From positions 62,001 through 126,000 of the IMG/VR virus record IMGVR_UViG_3300046660_000488: 64,000 bases of DNA; one strand, given 5' to 3'. The notes beneath the pieces were generated by a model that was not told where the DNA came from, searched no databases, and worked only from the letters and a program-made list of their open reading frames with translations. Each line of letters begins with the position of its first letter. Position 1 is the stretch's first letter. Of the stretch, positions 44,642 to 53,073 are shown piece by piece. The position numbers and the translations under genes are program-made.

Positions 44642-44732
44642 GGAGGGTTGGCCGAGCGGTAAGGCTCTGGTCTTGAAAACCAGTGACAGGGTGACGAGCC
44701 CTGCGGGGGTTCGATCCCCTCACCCTCCGCCA
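44642..44732 (+). tRNA. tRNA-Ser(TGA)
   Basis: CTGGT-CTTGAAA-ACCAG, long variable arm, G73-CCA. Confidence 0.95.
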
Positions 44733-44926
44733 CGACGTTCTTCGCGCTTACGGCGCTTCCTACCCAGCATCGCCTTCATTTTATCCATGCCGGTCTCGAA
44801 CGCGGCCATGGCCTTGTTGGCGTCGTCCTCGCTCTCACCGCAAGACAGCGTCTCCCAAGCAAATGCGTCACCGGCGACGGACAGTACGGCCGATAGCTCG
44901 GCTTCGGTAAGTCGAATGCGTTCCAT
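44720..44926 (-). CDS. Small hypothetical protein
   Basis: Probable start MERIRL with GGAG RBS. Confidence 0.55.
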   Translation of the reverse strand: MERIRLTEAELSAVLSVAGDAFAWETLSCGESEDDANKAMAAFETGMDKMKAMLGRKRRKREERRGGG

Positions 44927-44994
44927 GAGGTGATCTCCTTCACCTTTACTAGGCCACGATTTCACCCTGATGTGCGCGGCACACCAAAATAAAT

Positions 44995-45699
44995 TCAGAT
45001 TTCGTCGCTATCCGGATCGAAGGTCTGGTTGAAGACCGACTTGATCTGCTGCGGATAGAACGCGATCCACCAGTCAGTCGGCTTGTACCCACGCGATCCG
45101 CCATCGGCCATGGTGTCGATCAGATGGATGCCGTCATAGCCCTCGCTGATCAGTTGCTGCTGGAACGCGGCGACGTCTTCGGTCTTGGATTTCACTCCGT
45201 CCGGCAGATGGTTCATGACGCGCGTCCAAGCATCGTTGGACAGCATTTCCTTCTGCTTGGCGTCGTAGGCCTTCCGGATGCGGTAGTAGTCGTTGTGGGG
45301 ATCGTTCTGGTCGAGGGTCTTGAGCTTTTGGGCCAGATCGCGAAGCTCTTCGAGGTCTTCGTCCCAGAGCCAATCGCCGCTCATCGCCAGCGGGCGCTTG
45401 ATCGACAGGAAGCACGGCTTGACGTTGGCGCCGGTCGCAGGCCCGGTCTCCGGGTGATAGCCCGCGAAATAGTTCGCCGTGTCCGGGCTGACGTCGAACC
45501 AGAACCCGAGGCGGTTGAAACCAGACCCGGCCGAGCCGAAGGCATGGTGCTTGAAGGTGGCGAAGTCTCGGAACGTGCCGTGGTAGCAGACCAGCGGCTG
45601 ACCTTGCTTGTCCACGACCTTAGAGCCCTTGAACCACGCTTGGAACGCAGGGTTCTCGGCGACGTTGGCTCGTTCCATGAGATTGATGTATTCGCGCAT
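44995..45699 (-). CDS. ADP-ribosyltransferase-like protein (ART-PolyVal type), late
   Basis: AFQAWFKGSKVVD..G.PLVCYHGT, GFWF, VKPCFLSIKRP, GYDGI, IAFYPQQIKS; TAAATA 5 nt upstream of ATG. Confidence 0.75.
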   Translation of the reverse strand: MREYINLMERANVAENPAFQAWFKGSKVVDKQGQPLVCYHGTFRDFATFKHHAFGSAGSGFNRLGFWFDVSPDTANYFAGYHPETGPATGANVKPCFLSIKRPLAMSGDWLWDEDLEELRDLAQKLKTLDQNDPHNDYYRIRKAYDAKQKEMLSNDAWTRVMNHLPDGVKSKTEDVAAFQQQLISEGYDGIHLIDTMADGGSRGYKPTDWWIAFYPQQIKSVFNQTFDPDSDEI

Positions 45700-45896
45700 G
45701 GTCGTATTTATGACCAAGCAAAAGGCTCCAGAACCGGTGGGGACCGTTCTGGAGCCTTCCGGGGATTATCCGGGGACCAGCGCCGTGTGTTGTTCAACGC
45801 TGGCCTGACGAGGCTCCCACGGGCCTCTGTGTCGGTCAAACGAAAACACCCGGCCCATTGCTGGACCGGGTGCAAGATTTCGTGACTGGCAGAGGC

Positions 45897-46454
45897 TTAG
45901 CCGCCGTCTCCACCGCCACCACCACCACCACCGTCTCCGCCGCCGCCGCCGCCCGAGTCACCACCCGAGCTACCGCCATCCGAAGACGAGGACGACGAGT
46001 CTGAACCGGCCGAAGAGTCCGACGACGCTTCACCGGCCGATTCCGGGCCGCCTTCCGCGTTGCTGGCCTCGACCTCAGCGGCCGTGGCCGGTTCGCCTTC
46101 GCCGACGACCTCGATCTCGACGCTCACGGATTCAGCTTCGGCGATTTCCGAAGCGGATGGCTCCGTGCCCGGCTCAGCCTCGGCGATGTTCACCGTGCCT
46201 TGCGCGCCGTTCGAGGCGGTAACCTCGGACCCCACGGTCGGAGCGGACGATCCGGTGTAGTAGCTGCGGCTCTGATCCGTCATGATGACGTAGTAGAAGA
46301 ACCAGTCGTTGCTGCTGCTGTCCTGATAGGCCCAGCGGCCATCCTTCAGGTGCTTGACGGCGACGACTTGCTTGTGCGTCCGGTGGGACGGCTCGCAGGC
46401 CGCCAGAGATAGGCCGATGGCTGCGACAGCCAGCGCCGTGATGATGCGCTTCAT
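45897..46454 (-). CDS. Lipoprotein with Ser/Gly-rich acidic tail
   Basis: Signal peptide with LAAC lipobox; C-terminal poly-Gly. Confidence 0.8.
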   Translation of the reverse strand: MKRIITALAVAAIGLSLAACEPSHRTHKQVVAVKHLKDGRWAYQDSSSNDWFFYYVIMTDQSRSYYTGSSAPTVGSEVTASNGAQGTVNIAEAEPGTEPSASEIAEAESVSVEIEVVGEGEPATAAEVEASNAEGGPESAGEASSDSSAGSDSSSSSSDGGSSGGDSGGGGGGDGGGGGGGGDGG

Positions 46455-46463
46455 GTAGTCCCC

Positions 46464-47138
46464 TTAGTCGTGCTTGTGGAAATCGGCGCCACTGGTGGTG
46501 GCGTTGGTGTCGGTCGCCGCCGGATGGTGGGCGTGAAGCATGTTGGCGACCCATGCGATGAAGACGGTCGTGCCGATGAACATGGCGTGGATCGCCATTT
46601 CCATACCGAGCGTGTTCCACGTCACCTCGTGATGCGCGGCCGGGTTGCCGACCTCCATGAAGGTCTTCAGCAGGTGGATGGCGGTGACCGCGACGAGCGA
46701 CATGCTCATCTTGATTTTCAGGGTCGAGCTATCCAGCCCGTTCATCCAGCGCGGCTTGCCGCCCAATTCGCTGAATTTGTATTCCTTGACGAAGGTGTTG
46801 AAGCCGCCGACCGTGACCATGACCATCAATTCCCCGATCATGACCGCGTCGATCAGGCTCAGCACGAACAGAAGCCGCTCAGGACCGTCGTGTTGGAAGA
46901 TGGCGAAGATGTTGAAGTGGTGGTCGTGCGTGAAGGCGTAGAACACGATGTCCTGCACCAGTTGGACGCCGTAGAGCGCGATGACCAACAGGAACATCAG
47001 GTACATGGGGACGAGCCCCAAGCGGCTGTTGTAGATCAGCTTGCCCGCAAAATCGACAAAGACGGTCGATCCGCTGGGTTGGACGAGAGGCGCCTGCTTC
47101 GTCTTTGTCGGGCGAGGATCGCCGTGGCCGATAGTCAT
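46464..47138 (-). CDS. YqhA/UPF0114 family membrane protein
   Basis: IYNSR...LSLID...GGFNTFV...LKIKMSMSLVAVTAIHLLK.FM. Confidence 0.82.
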   Translation of the reverse strand: MTIGHGDPRPTKTKQAPLVQPSGSTVFVDFAGKLIYNSRLGLVPMYLMFLLVIALYGVQLVQDIVFYAFTHDHHFNIFAIFQHDGPERLLFVLSLIDAVMIGELMVMVTVGGFNTFVKEYKFSELGGKPRWMNGLDSSTLKIKMSMSLVAVTAIHLLKTFMEVGNPAAHHEVTWNTLGMEMAIHAMFIGTTVFIAWVANMLHAHHPAATDTNATTSGADFHKHD

Positions 47139-47183
47139 GAAAGGGTTTCCCGATGGTAAAATGTCGGGAAACCAATTTCATGC

Positions 47184-47681
47184 CTATTGGTTTTCGTCAA
47201 CCAATTTCAGGAGGTGTTCGGCGACCTCGCCGCGACCCAGAACCGGGTCAACGTACCAGACGCCCTTGCCTCCAGCAGCACGCCAGCGCTTGATGTTGAC
47301 GAAGAAATCGTCCACCAGCACGTCGCCCGGCGCCTTCATGTGGAGGGCCTTGTCCTTGCTTCGGCAGGTGATCACCGGAATCTCGTAGCCGTATTTCGAC
47401 CCGAAGTGCTTGGCGTACCATTCGACCTTGTGGGCGGCGGCGCGGTCATAGCCGGTTGCCGGACAGCCGGTCAGGATCGTCGGCTTGAAGGGCAGGACCA
47501 GATCGAAGAGATCGTAGGCCTCGTCCTTGACCGGCATGTCGAGCCAGAAATTGGGGTAATCCTCGACGCGAGCCCAAAGCTCCGCGTCGCCAAGTTCGCG
47601 GCAGGTCTTGCCCCACTGCGCGTATACGTGTTCGTCGAAGGCGGCCAGAACGCCGTCACTATCCAAGAAAATATGTGTCAT
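47184..47681 (-). CDS. HAD-family 5'(3')-deoxyribonucleotidase-like protein
   Basis: FLDSDGVLA, FWLDMP, LTG, K.EW, LVDD, W..AGG.G. Confidence 0.85.
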   Translation of the reverse strand: MTHIFLDSDGVLAAFDEHVYAQWGKTCRELGDAELWARVEDYPNFWLDMPVKDEAYDLFDLVLPFKPTILTGCPATGYDRAAAHKVEWYAKHFGSKYGYEIPVITCRSKDKALHMKAPGDVLVDDFFVNIKRWRAAGGKGVWYVDPVLGRGEVAEHLLKLVDENQ

Positions 47682-47733
47682 GTGCCATTATATAGCCAAG
47701 CTGAAATGCCCGGCCATATATGGTTTACGAGAT

Positions 47734-47979
47734 TTAAGTCCCGTAGGTGAAGATCACCTTGCCGCTATGGTCGAGGACGGCGAACTGCGGCCGGACGACG
47801 CCGTGGTAGACGGCATTGATGCTGAGCACCTTGTCGGCGATCTCTTCGGCGTGAAGCTCTTTGACGCGCTCTTTCGCGCCATGCAGGGTCATGGTCGTCT
47901 CGACCAGCGGCCCGATCTCCACTTCATATTCATCCCGGCCGGTTTGACGTACAGTGCGGCGGTGGATGCAGAAGGACAT
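47734..47979 (-). CDS. Hypothetical protein
   Basis: Operon packing. Confidence 0.6.
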   Translation of the reverse strand: MSFCIHRRTVRQTGRDEYEVEIGPLVETTMTLHGAKERVKELHAEEIADKVLSINAVYHGVVRPQFAVLDHSGKVIFTYGT

Positions 47980-47998
47980 GGGTGACCCTGAAGATGTT

Positions 47999-48073
47999 TG
48001 GCGCCTTCAGCCGGGCTCGAACCGGCGACCTACAGATTTAGAGTCTGCTGCTCTACCGCTGAGCTATGAAGGC
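47999..48073 (-). tRNA. Amber suppressor tRNA (CTA), G73
   Basis: GCCTTCA/TGAAGGC, GCAGA-CTCTAAA-TCTGT, GGTTCGAGCC, CCA encoded. Confidence 0.92.
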
Positions 48074-48079
48074 GTCCTT

Positions 48080-48155
48080 TGGTGATCACAGTCGGGCTCG
48101 AACCGACGACCCGCAGATTTAGAGTCCGCTGCTCTACCAACTGAGCTATGCAATC
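48080..48155 (-). tRNA. Amber suppressor tRNA (CTA), A73
   Basis: GATTGCA/TGTGATC, GCGGA-CTCTAAA-TCTGC, CCA encoded; TTGACC promoter upstream. Confidence 0.92.
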
Positions 48156-48208
48156 AGACCAAAGACGATCAAACATCTATCAGGCCATTCCAATCTGGTC
48201 AACCAAAA

Positions 48209-48547
48209 TCAGTCCAGATCGTTCAGGCGGCTGGTCACGTCGTGCTCGCCGTTGATGCGGCGATAGCGACCGGTCAGCTTTTTGGCCCAGCGCTTGCCAT
48301 AGCCCCAGACTTCGTCGTGGGAGCAATAGCCGCGAGGGGTCTTGCGGTGCGGCGCGCAGACAGGCATTTGGGCGCCATAGCTGTCGCGACCGTGGAACCA
48401 GTGTTCCTTGTTGAAGTCGTTGGCGTCGCTGAGGTGACGAGCACGACGAGGGGCAGTCACGCCGGGGGCGTGCTTGGCCTTGGCGTTCTCGTAGTGGCGT
48501 TCACCGGGGTGATAGCCGGGGAGGCGACGACGGGTGGTTCGAGACAT
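48209..48547 (-). CDS. Basic Arg/His-rich hypothetical protein
   Basis: Start MSRTTRR with AGGAG RBS. Confidence 0.65.
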   Translation of the reverse strand: MSRTTRRRLPGYHPGERHYENAKAKHAPGVTAPRRARHLSDANDFNKEHWFHGRDSYGAQMPVCAPHRKTPRGYCSHDEVWGYGKRWAKKLTGRYRRINGEHDVTSRLNDLD

Positions 48548-48661
48548 CGGTTTTCTCCTGTGCGGAAATGCACAATCGAAAACCGGAGACGGCGAGTACG
48601 GCCATGCTGGTCGATCCTCAAAAAGTTGAGCCGCCACTATATAGCGACGGCTCGTCTTTCG

Positions 48662-49153
48662 TCAACCAGATTGTGGCCGATGTTTCGCAAGTAGAGTGGC
48701 GAGCAGAGCCCGTTCTGCCTCGTCTTGCTTCACTTGTCGCGCCGCAGCAGCTTCCGCCGATTTCCTCGCGGCTTCCTGAGCAGCCGCTTCGACGGCCGCC
48801 AGATGCTTGATCCACGTCTCCGACGACGTCAGTTTGTTTTCGTCGAAGTAGGTGGTCGCGATGGTGATGCTGATGCCGTCGAAGCCGACCGAATCGTGGT
48901 CGTCCCATTGGCCCTTGCCCGGCATTTCGTTCCGGACCTTGTAGGCGGCCATGCGCTCGTACAGTTCGTCGAGGCTGTTGGCCGTCAGGACTTCGGTCTC
49001 CGAGCCCGTCTCGCGCAGGTAGTTGTCGCGGTTGTTGCGATACTGGGTCGTCGTCGCGTTGACGTTGAACTGGACGGCCGGGGCGCCGTCGTAATCGTCT
49101 TCGTGATAGTCGAGCCCAACGATGTCGAGCTTTTCCACGGTGATGGTGTCCAT
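48662..49153 (-). CDS. Hypothetical protein
   Basis: Start MDTITV with AGGAG RBS. Confidence 0.7.
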   Translation of the reverse strand: MDTITVEKLDIVGLDYHEDDYDGAPAVQFNVNATTTQYRNNRDNYLRETGSETEVLTANSLDELYERMAAYKVRNEMPGKGQWDDHDSVGFDGISITIATTYFDENKLTSSETWIKHLAAVEAAAQEAARKSAEAAAARQVKQDEAERALLATLLAKHRPQSG

Positions 49154-49211
49154 CGCCGATCTCCTGTGATTTGGGGAAAGGACCGGCGCGGGTCTCCCCG
49201 CGCCGGTATCG

Positions 49212-49775
49212 TTAGGCCGCCTCTTGCACGGCCCGCACGGCGGCGGGCGTGATGAAGGCGTGGCCGCCCGCTTCGATCCGCAGATCGGCTCGACGGATAC
49301 GCAGAAGTCCTCGGGTCGAGCCCTCGTCCTTCTCCATGGTCTCAAAACCCTGCGTGCTCTCGAAATGAGAGACGTAATAGGTCTTGCCGCCGGTCTTCAA
49401 CGTCCACTTGGGCAAGAAGGGAAACTCGATGGAGCCCTTGTTGAAGTGGAAGTCGATGAACCGGCAGTTCGTCGCCGTCAGCGGGAACAGGGCTTCCTGT
49501 TCCGCCAGCGCCTTGTGCATGCCAAGGATACGATCCCGGCGCGCCTCGGCGTCTTTGATCATCGCGAGCATCTTTCGCGCCATGGCCTGCTGAGAGGCCA
49601 GTTCACGGTGGAGACTCGGGGCAGAGTCGTGCTTCAGCCGAGCGGCGTTCTTGGCCTTGCGCTTGGCGACGGTGATTTCCGCCGACAGTCGCTTGTAGAC
49701 CACACGCCATTGGGCTCGCCACGCAAGGTAGCTTTCCCGGTCGGTGAAGGTGGGGAACATCGCATAAGCGCTCAT
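49212..49775 (-). CDS. Hypothetical protein, N-terminus paralogous to 49790-50068
   Basis: FTDRESYLAWRAQWR. Confidence 0.75.
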   Translation of the reverse strand: MSAYAMFPTFTDRESYLAWRAQWRVVYKRLSAEITVAKRKAKNAARLKHDSAPSLHRELASQQAMARKMLAMIKDAEARRDRILGMHKALAEQEALFPLTATNCRFIDFHFNKGSIEFPFLPKWTLKTGGKTYYVSHFESTQGFETMEKDEGSTRGLLRIRRADLRIEAGGHAFITPAAVRAVQEAA

Positions 49776-49789
49776 GATGTCAGCCTCCC

Positions 49790-50068
49790 TTAAGCGGCTT
49801 GAGTTTCGCGGGCGGCCAGTTGAGCGTTCTTCTGCTCAGTGGCTTCCTTACGAAGCTCCATCATTTCGCGCGCCTCGGATTTCAAGGTGCGGATGTTGTT
49901 CTGAAGGCGAGCCGCAGCGTCGAGCTTGTTGGCGCGGAACGCCTCTTTGCACGACATCTTGCTTCGACGGAGGTTGGCCGACAGTTCGGCGTACTCCTCA
50001 CGCCATTCGGCGCGCCAAGCAAGGAAGGATTCGCGGTTGGTGAAGGAAAGGGTTTGCAGGTTGGTCAT
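49790..50068 (-). CDS. Helical hypothetical protein
   Basis: FTNRESFLAWRAEWR; GGAG RBS. Confidence 0.75.
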   Translation of the reverse strand: MTNLQTLSFTNRESFLAWRAEWREEYAELSANLRRSKMSCKEAFRANKLDAAARLQNNIRTLKSEAREMMELRKEATEQKNAQLAARETQAA

Positions 50069-50125
50069 GTGAATTCTCCGTATCAGGGGGATTGGATCGT
50101 TATGGGAAGAAGAAGCTGGTGGCAG

Positions 50126-50362
50126 TCAGACCTTCAGGTCGTCGTACCAGCGAAGTTTGAAGTGGACTGCGTCCCGCACGTCGCGGAAGTAGTACACCTC
50201 ATAGCCGGGGCTGAAGAAGAACTGGTCGCGAAGGAATTCCTCGCACCATTCAGTTACTTCAGAGACGGGCGGAGCCGTCTTTGGCGGCAAGTATCGCCGG
50301 GGTCCTAGTCGGACCCGTTCCAACTTCCCCCACAGCGTCTTCATGCGTCGCATGAAATCCAC
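50126..50362 (-). CDS. Small protein (FKLxW-motif family)
   Basis: YFRDVRDAVHFKLRWY. Confidence 0.72.
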   Translation of the reverse strand: MDFMRRMKTLWGKLERVRLGPRRYLPPKTAPPVSEVTEWCEEFLRDQFFFSPGYEVYYFRDVRDAVHFKLRWYDDLKV

Positions 50363-50406
50363 GTGCCGGGAGAACTCAGGAGGTTGGGAAATCTACTTCA
50401 TGGTCG

Positions 50407-50784
50407 TTATCTCCATCGCAGTTTGAACATGATTGCATCTACCTCACTCGCGAAAGTAACCGCGACCTTGGTGGAGCAGTCGGATGCGAAACCAACTCGT
50501 TTGAAGTGGTCTCGACAATTGGAGGATAGCCACTTTTCCATTCGTGTCAAGTCCCTCCAATCAAAATCGGTGCACTTTACGATGCACCAGCCCTTTGGCA
50601 TCTTCGCGAGGATGGCCTGATAGCCGGGTTCGTCTTCCCAGCGATCCTCTCCAAGCATACCGTACCCATACTCTCCTTCTGCCCAAGGATCGTCTTCCGG
50701 AAGCTCGTAGTCTTCGTCGGTCAGGTTGCTTTCATCGAACTCGGCATCGAAGCCGTCTTGCTTGTTTTTGTTATTGATTTCCAT
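50407..50784 (-). CDS. Acidic protein (FKLxW-motif family)
   Basis: TFASEVDAIMFKLRWR; probable start MEINN. Confidence 0.72.
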   Translation of the reverse strand: MEINNKNKQDGFDAEFDESNLTDEDYELPEDDPWAEGEYGYGMLGEDRWEDEPGYQAILAKMPKGWCIVKCTDFDWRDLTRMEKWLSSNCRDHFKRVGFASDCSTKVAVTFASEVDAIMFKLRWR

Positions 50785-50983
50785 TTGAATACGCACGAAA
50801 AAAGGCCCACTCACGCGGATCGCGAGCAGGCGGAGTTGAAAAATAGGCATGAAAAAGCCCGCAACGAAAGCGCGCAAAAGAGCACGCTCCGGCGGGCGGG
50901 GCGACAGTCAGATCAGAAGAAGGGTGGACCTAACGGTAGGGCATGAACCTATTTAGACCGACGATAAATCGTCTGTCAATTTC

Positions 50984-51349
50984 CTACTTGTTTCGCCAGT
51001 GAGGTTTCTCGCCGCGATCCTCGGCGTCCATCGCGGCCTGCATGCGGCGATTGTATTTCATCTGGTGGGGATCGTCCTCACCCTTCGGGCTCTCGGCGTC
51101 GTAATAGCGTCCGTTGAACTGGACGATGGAATGGCCGGGGAACATGCCCTCGATCTTGGTAGTCGAGAGAATTTCGGCGCCCGGCCCCAGAGCCTTTGCC
51201 AGCTTGTGGGCGAAACCCCAGCACCAGCCGTTGTTGATCGCCCAAGGCGACATCTGGAAGCCCGCGCGGATGCGGAGGATGGCTTCCTCGACCGGGTCGG
51301 TGACCATTTTCTCTTCAAGAATGTCGTAGAGGTGCATCAACTCGCGCAT
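50984..51349 (-). CDS. Late protein, possible papain-like/transglutaminase fold
   Basis: NNGWC, GHSI, YYDA resemble a Cys-His-Asp triad; TAAATA 5 nt upstream. Confidence 0.6.
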   Translation of the reverse strand: MRELMHLYDILEEKMVTDPVEEAILRIRAGFQMSPWAINNGWCWGFAHKLAKALGPGAEILSTTKIEGMFPGHSIVQFNGRYYDAESPKGEDDPHQMKYNRRMQAAMDAEDRGEKPHWRNK

Positions 51350-51411
51350 GCACATATTTAGGGCGATGGCTTACACGTAAGCCATACTCGCTATTATGAC
51401 TTACGTGTAAG

Positions 51412-51864
51412 TCACTCGGCAGCGTCGTACTCGAAAAGGTCCGCCATCCGGATGATCGCCATGTCCTTCAGGAACTGGTCGCGGTCGCCGAACCACTCAG
51501 ACGAAGCGCTACGGAAGAATCCCAAGCGGGCTCCGAGCACACGTTGATTGAACGTGTGCTGATCACCGGTGACGGCCACGCTGGTGGGCAAGGTCGAGAG
51601 GGAGAAATTATGGAAGACGATGCCCCAAGCATTGTCGATCCGGCGGATGATGGTGTGCTCGCGCTCACCGGCGCCAATGATCTTGGGCTTGATCGTGTGT
51701 AGGACCAGTTTCTGGCCGAACATGTCGTACTGGGTGTTGGTCCCGCGCCAGCGCCCGCCGTGCCGCACGTGGCGGAGCAGGTTCCACTGATACTCGCGCG
51801 TCATGCTCTCCGGAAGTGGCTTGGCGTCTTTCGACAGCTTCCGGAATTGCTCGTGCGTCATCAT
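51412..51864 (-). CDS. Hypothetical protein
   Basis: Operon packing. Confidence 0.7.
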   Translation of the reverse strand: MMTHEQFRKLSKDAKPLPESMTREYQWNLLRHVRHGGRWRGTNTQYDMFGQKLVLHTIKPKIIGAGEREHTIIRRIDNAWGIVFHNFSLSTLPTSVAVTGDQHTFNQRVLGARLGFFRSASSEWFGDRDQFLKDMAIIRMADLFEYDAAE

Positions 51865-51868
51865 GGGA

Positions 51869-52339
51869 TCAGCCCACGATCATGTAGAACGATCCACCAT
51901 CCCTGACGTGGTGTCGGGCGATCATGGCGCGCAGTGGGACCGGGATGTCGCGGCCGTCCGGGTTATGGACGATCAGCAACCGGTTCATGACGCGGTTGCG
52001 TTCGAGGAACCGTACGGTCTGGGCGATGGGTTGGTCGATCAGCGTGTCGGCCATCATGACGTCGGAGCCGATGCCGTGGTCAGCCAGATTGCTGCGAAGC
52101 TCGGCCATGTTGATCGGCCGAATCTGGACGACAAACAGCCCATCGCGACCACCCGCCCGGTATTTTCCGGCCAGTTGGCTGGCGACCTCTGCGGCGTGAT
52201 CGGCTTCGTACAAAGCAGCCTCGTTGAACTGTGAGCCTTTCCTTTGTCGGAAAGCCGCCATTTCGTCAACGAGAATATTGCGAACATTATTAACGGTGGG
52301 GTAATAAATAAGAGTGGCTACGGAATTAGCCGTAGTCAC
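51869..52339 (-). CDS. Hypothetical protein
   Basis: Start uncertain. Confidence 0.55.
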   Translation of the reverse strand: MTTANSVATLIYYPTVNNVRNILVDEMAAFRQRKGSQFNEAALYEADHAAEVASQLAGKYRAGGRDGLFVVQIRPINMAELRSNLADHGIGSDVMMADTLIDQPIAQTVRFLERNRVMNRLLIVHNPDGRDIPVPLRAMIARHHVRDGGSFYMIVG

Positions 52340-52398
52340 ATCGTAGGCAGAAGTCCCCGCAAGTTGGCGAGGCAGAAGTCCTACAAGGAGAATAGAAT

Positions 52399-53061
52399 AT
52401 GGCTCGCAGAAAGCCTGCGCGCGGACCTGTGTCCGTGCAGCAAACGGAGTATACGCCTACTGTCGTGGAATTTATCCTCGACGAGACCGGCTCCATGACG
52501 AAGCATAAGACCGCAACGGTCAACGGCTTCAACGATTTCCTAAATGAACAGAAAGCACAGCAAGGCACTTGCCTGCTGACCCTGACCAAGTTCCACACCG
52601 GAATTGGCCAGACGTCGCCGTACGTCGATCTCGACATCGGCATGGTCCCAAGCATGAAGTACGACTGGTTTGTTCCGGGCGACTCAACTAATCTTCGGGA
52701 CACTGTCGGCCAGCGATTGGCTGCTCTTCGTGAGCGGCTTTCGACGTGGTCGGTCAAACCGAAGGTTCTCTTCGTGATCATGACCGATGGTGGCGACAAT
52801 GCCAGCAGACAATACAGCGTCAAAGACCTGAACCTCGCGATCACGCAAGCGATCCAAGAAGATGGTCACAACTTTATGTTCCTCGGAGCAGACCAAGACG
52901 CTACGGCGGTCGGCCTGTCCTTTGGTATCCCCGCCGGGAACATCAAGTCCTTCAGCAGTTCAGAGTTCCGCGAGACCATGCAAACGGTCTCCGCAGCAAC
53001 GTCTGCTTTCCGTGCTTCGTCGTCTTACACCGACGCCGATCTGTTCAAGACCGCAATCTAA
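52399..53061 (+). CDS. vWA domain protein
   Basis: FILDETGSM, STNLRD, VIMTDGGDNAS, FLGA; AGGAG RBS. Confidence 0.85.
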   Translation: MARRKPARGPVSVQQTEYTPTVVEFILDETGSMTKHKTATVNGFNDFLNEQKAQQGTCLLTLTKFHTGIGQTSPYVDLDIGMVPSMKYDWFVPGDSTNLRDTVGQRLAALRERLSTWSVKPKVLFVIMTDGGDNASRQYSVKDLNLAITQAIQEDGHNFMFLGADQDATAVGLSFGIPAGNIKSFSSSEFRETMQTVSAATSAFRASSSYTDADLFKTAI

Positions 53062-53073
53062 GGCTATACTCAA

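Noticed and set aside
45897-46030. GGC/GGT-rich low-complexity tract
   Set aside because: Explained by the poly-Gly/Ser tail of the lipoprotein.
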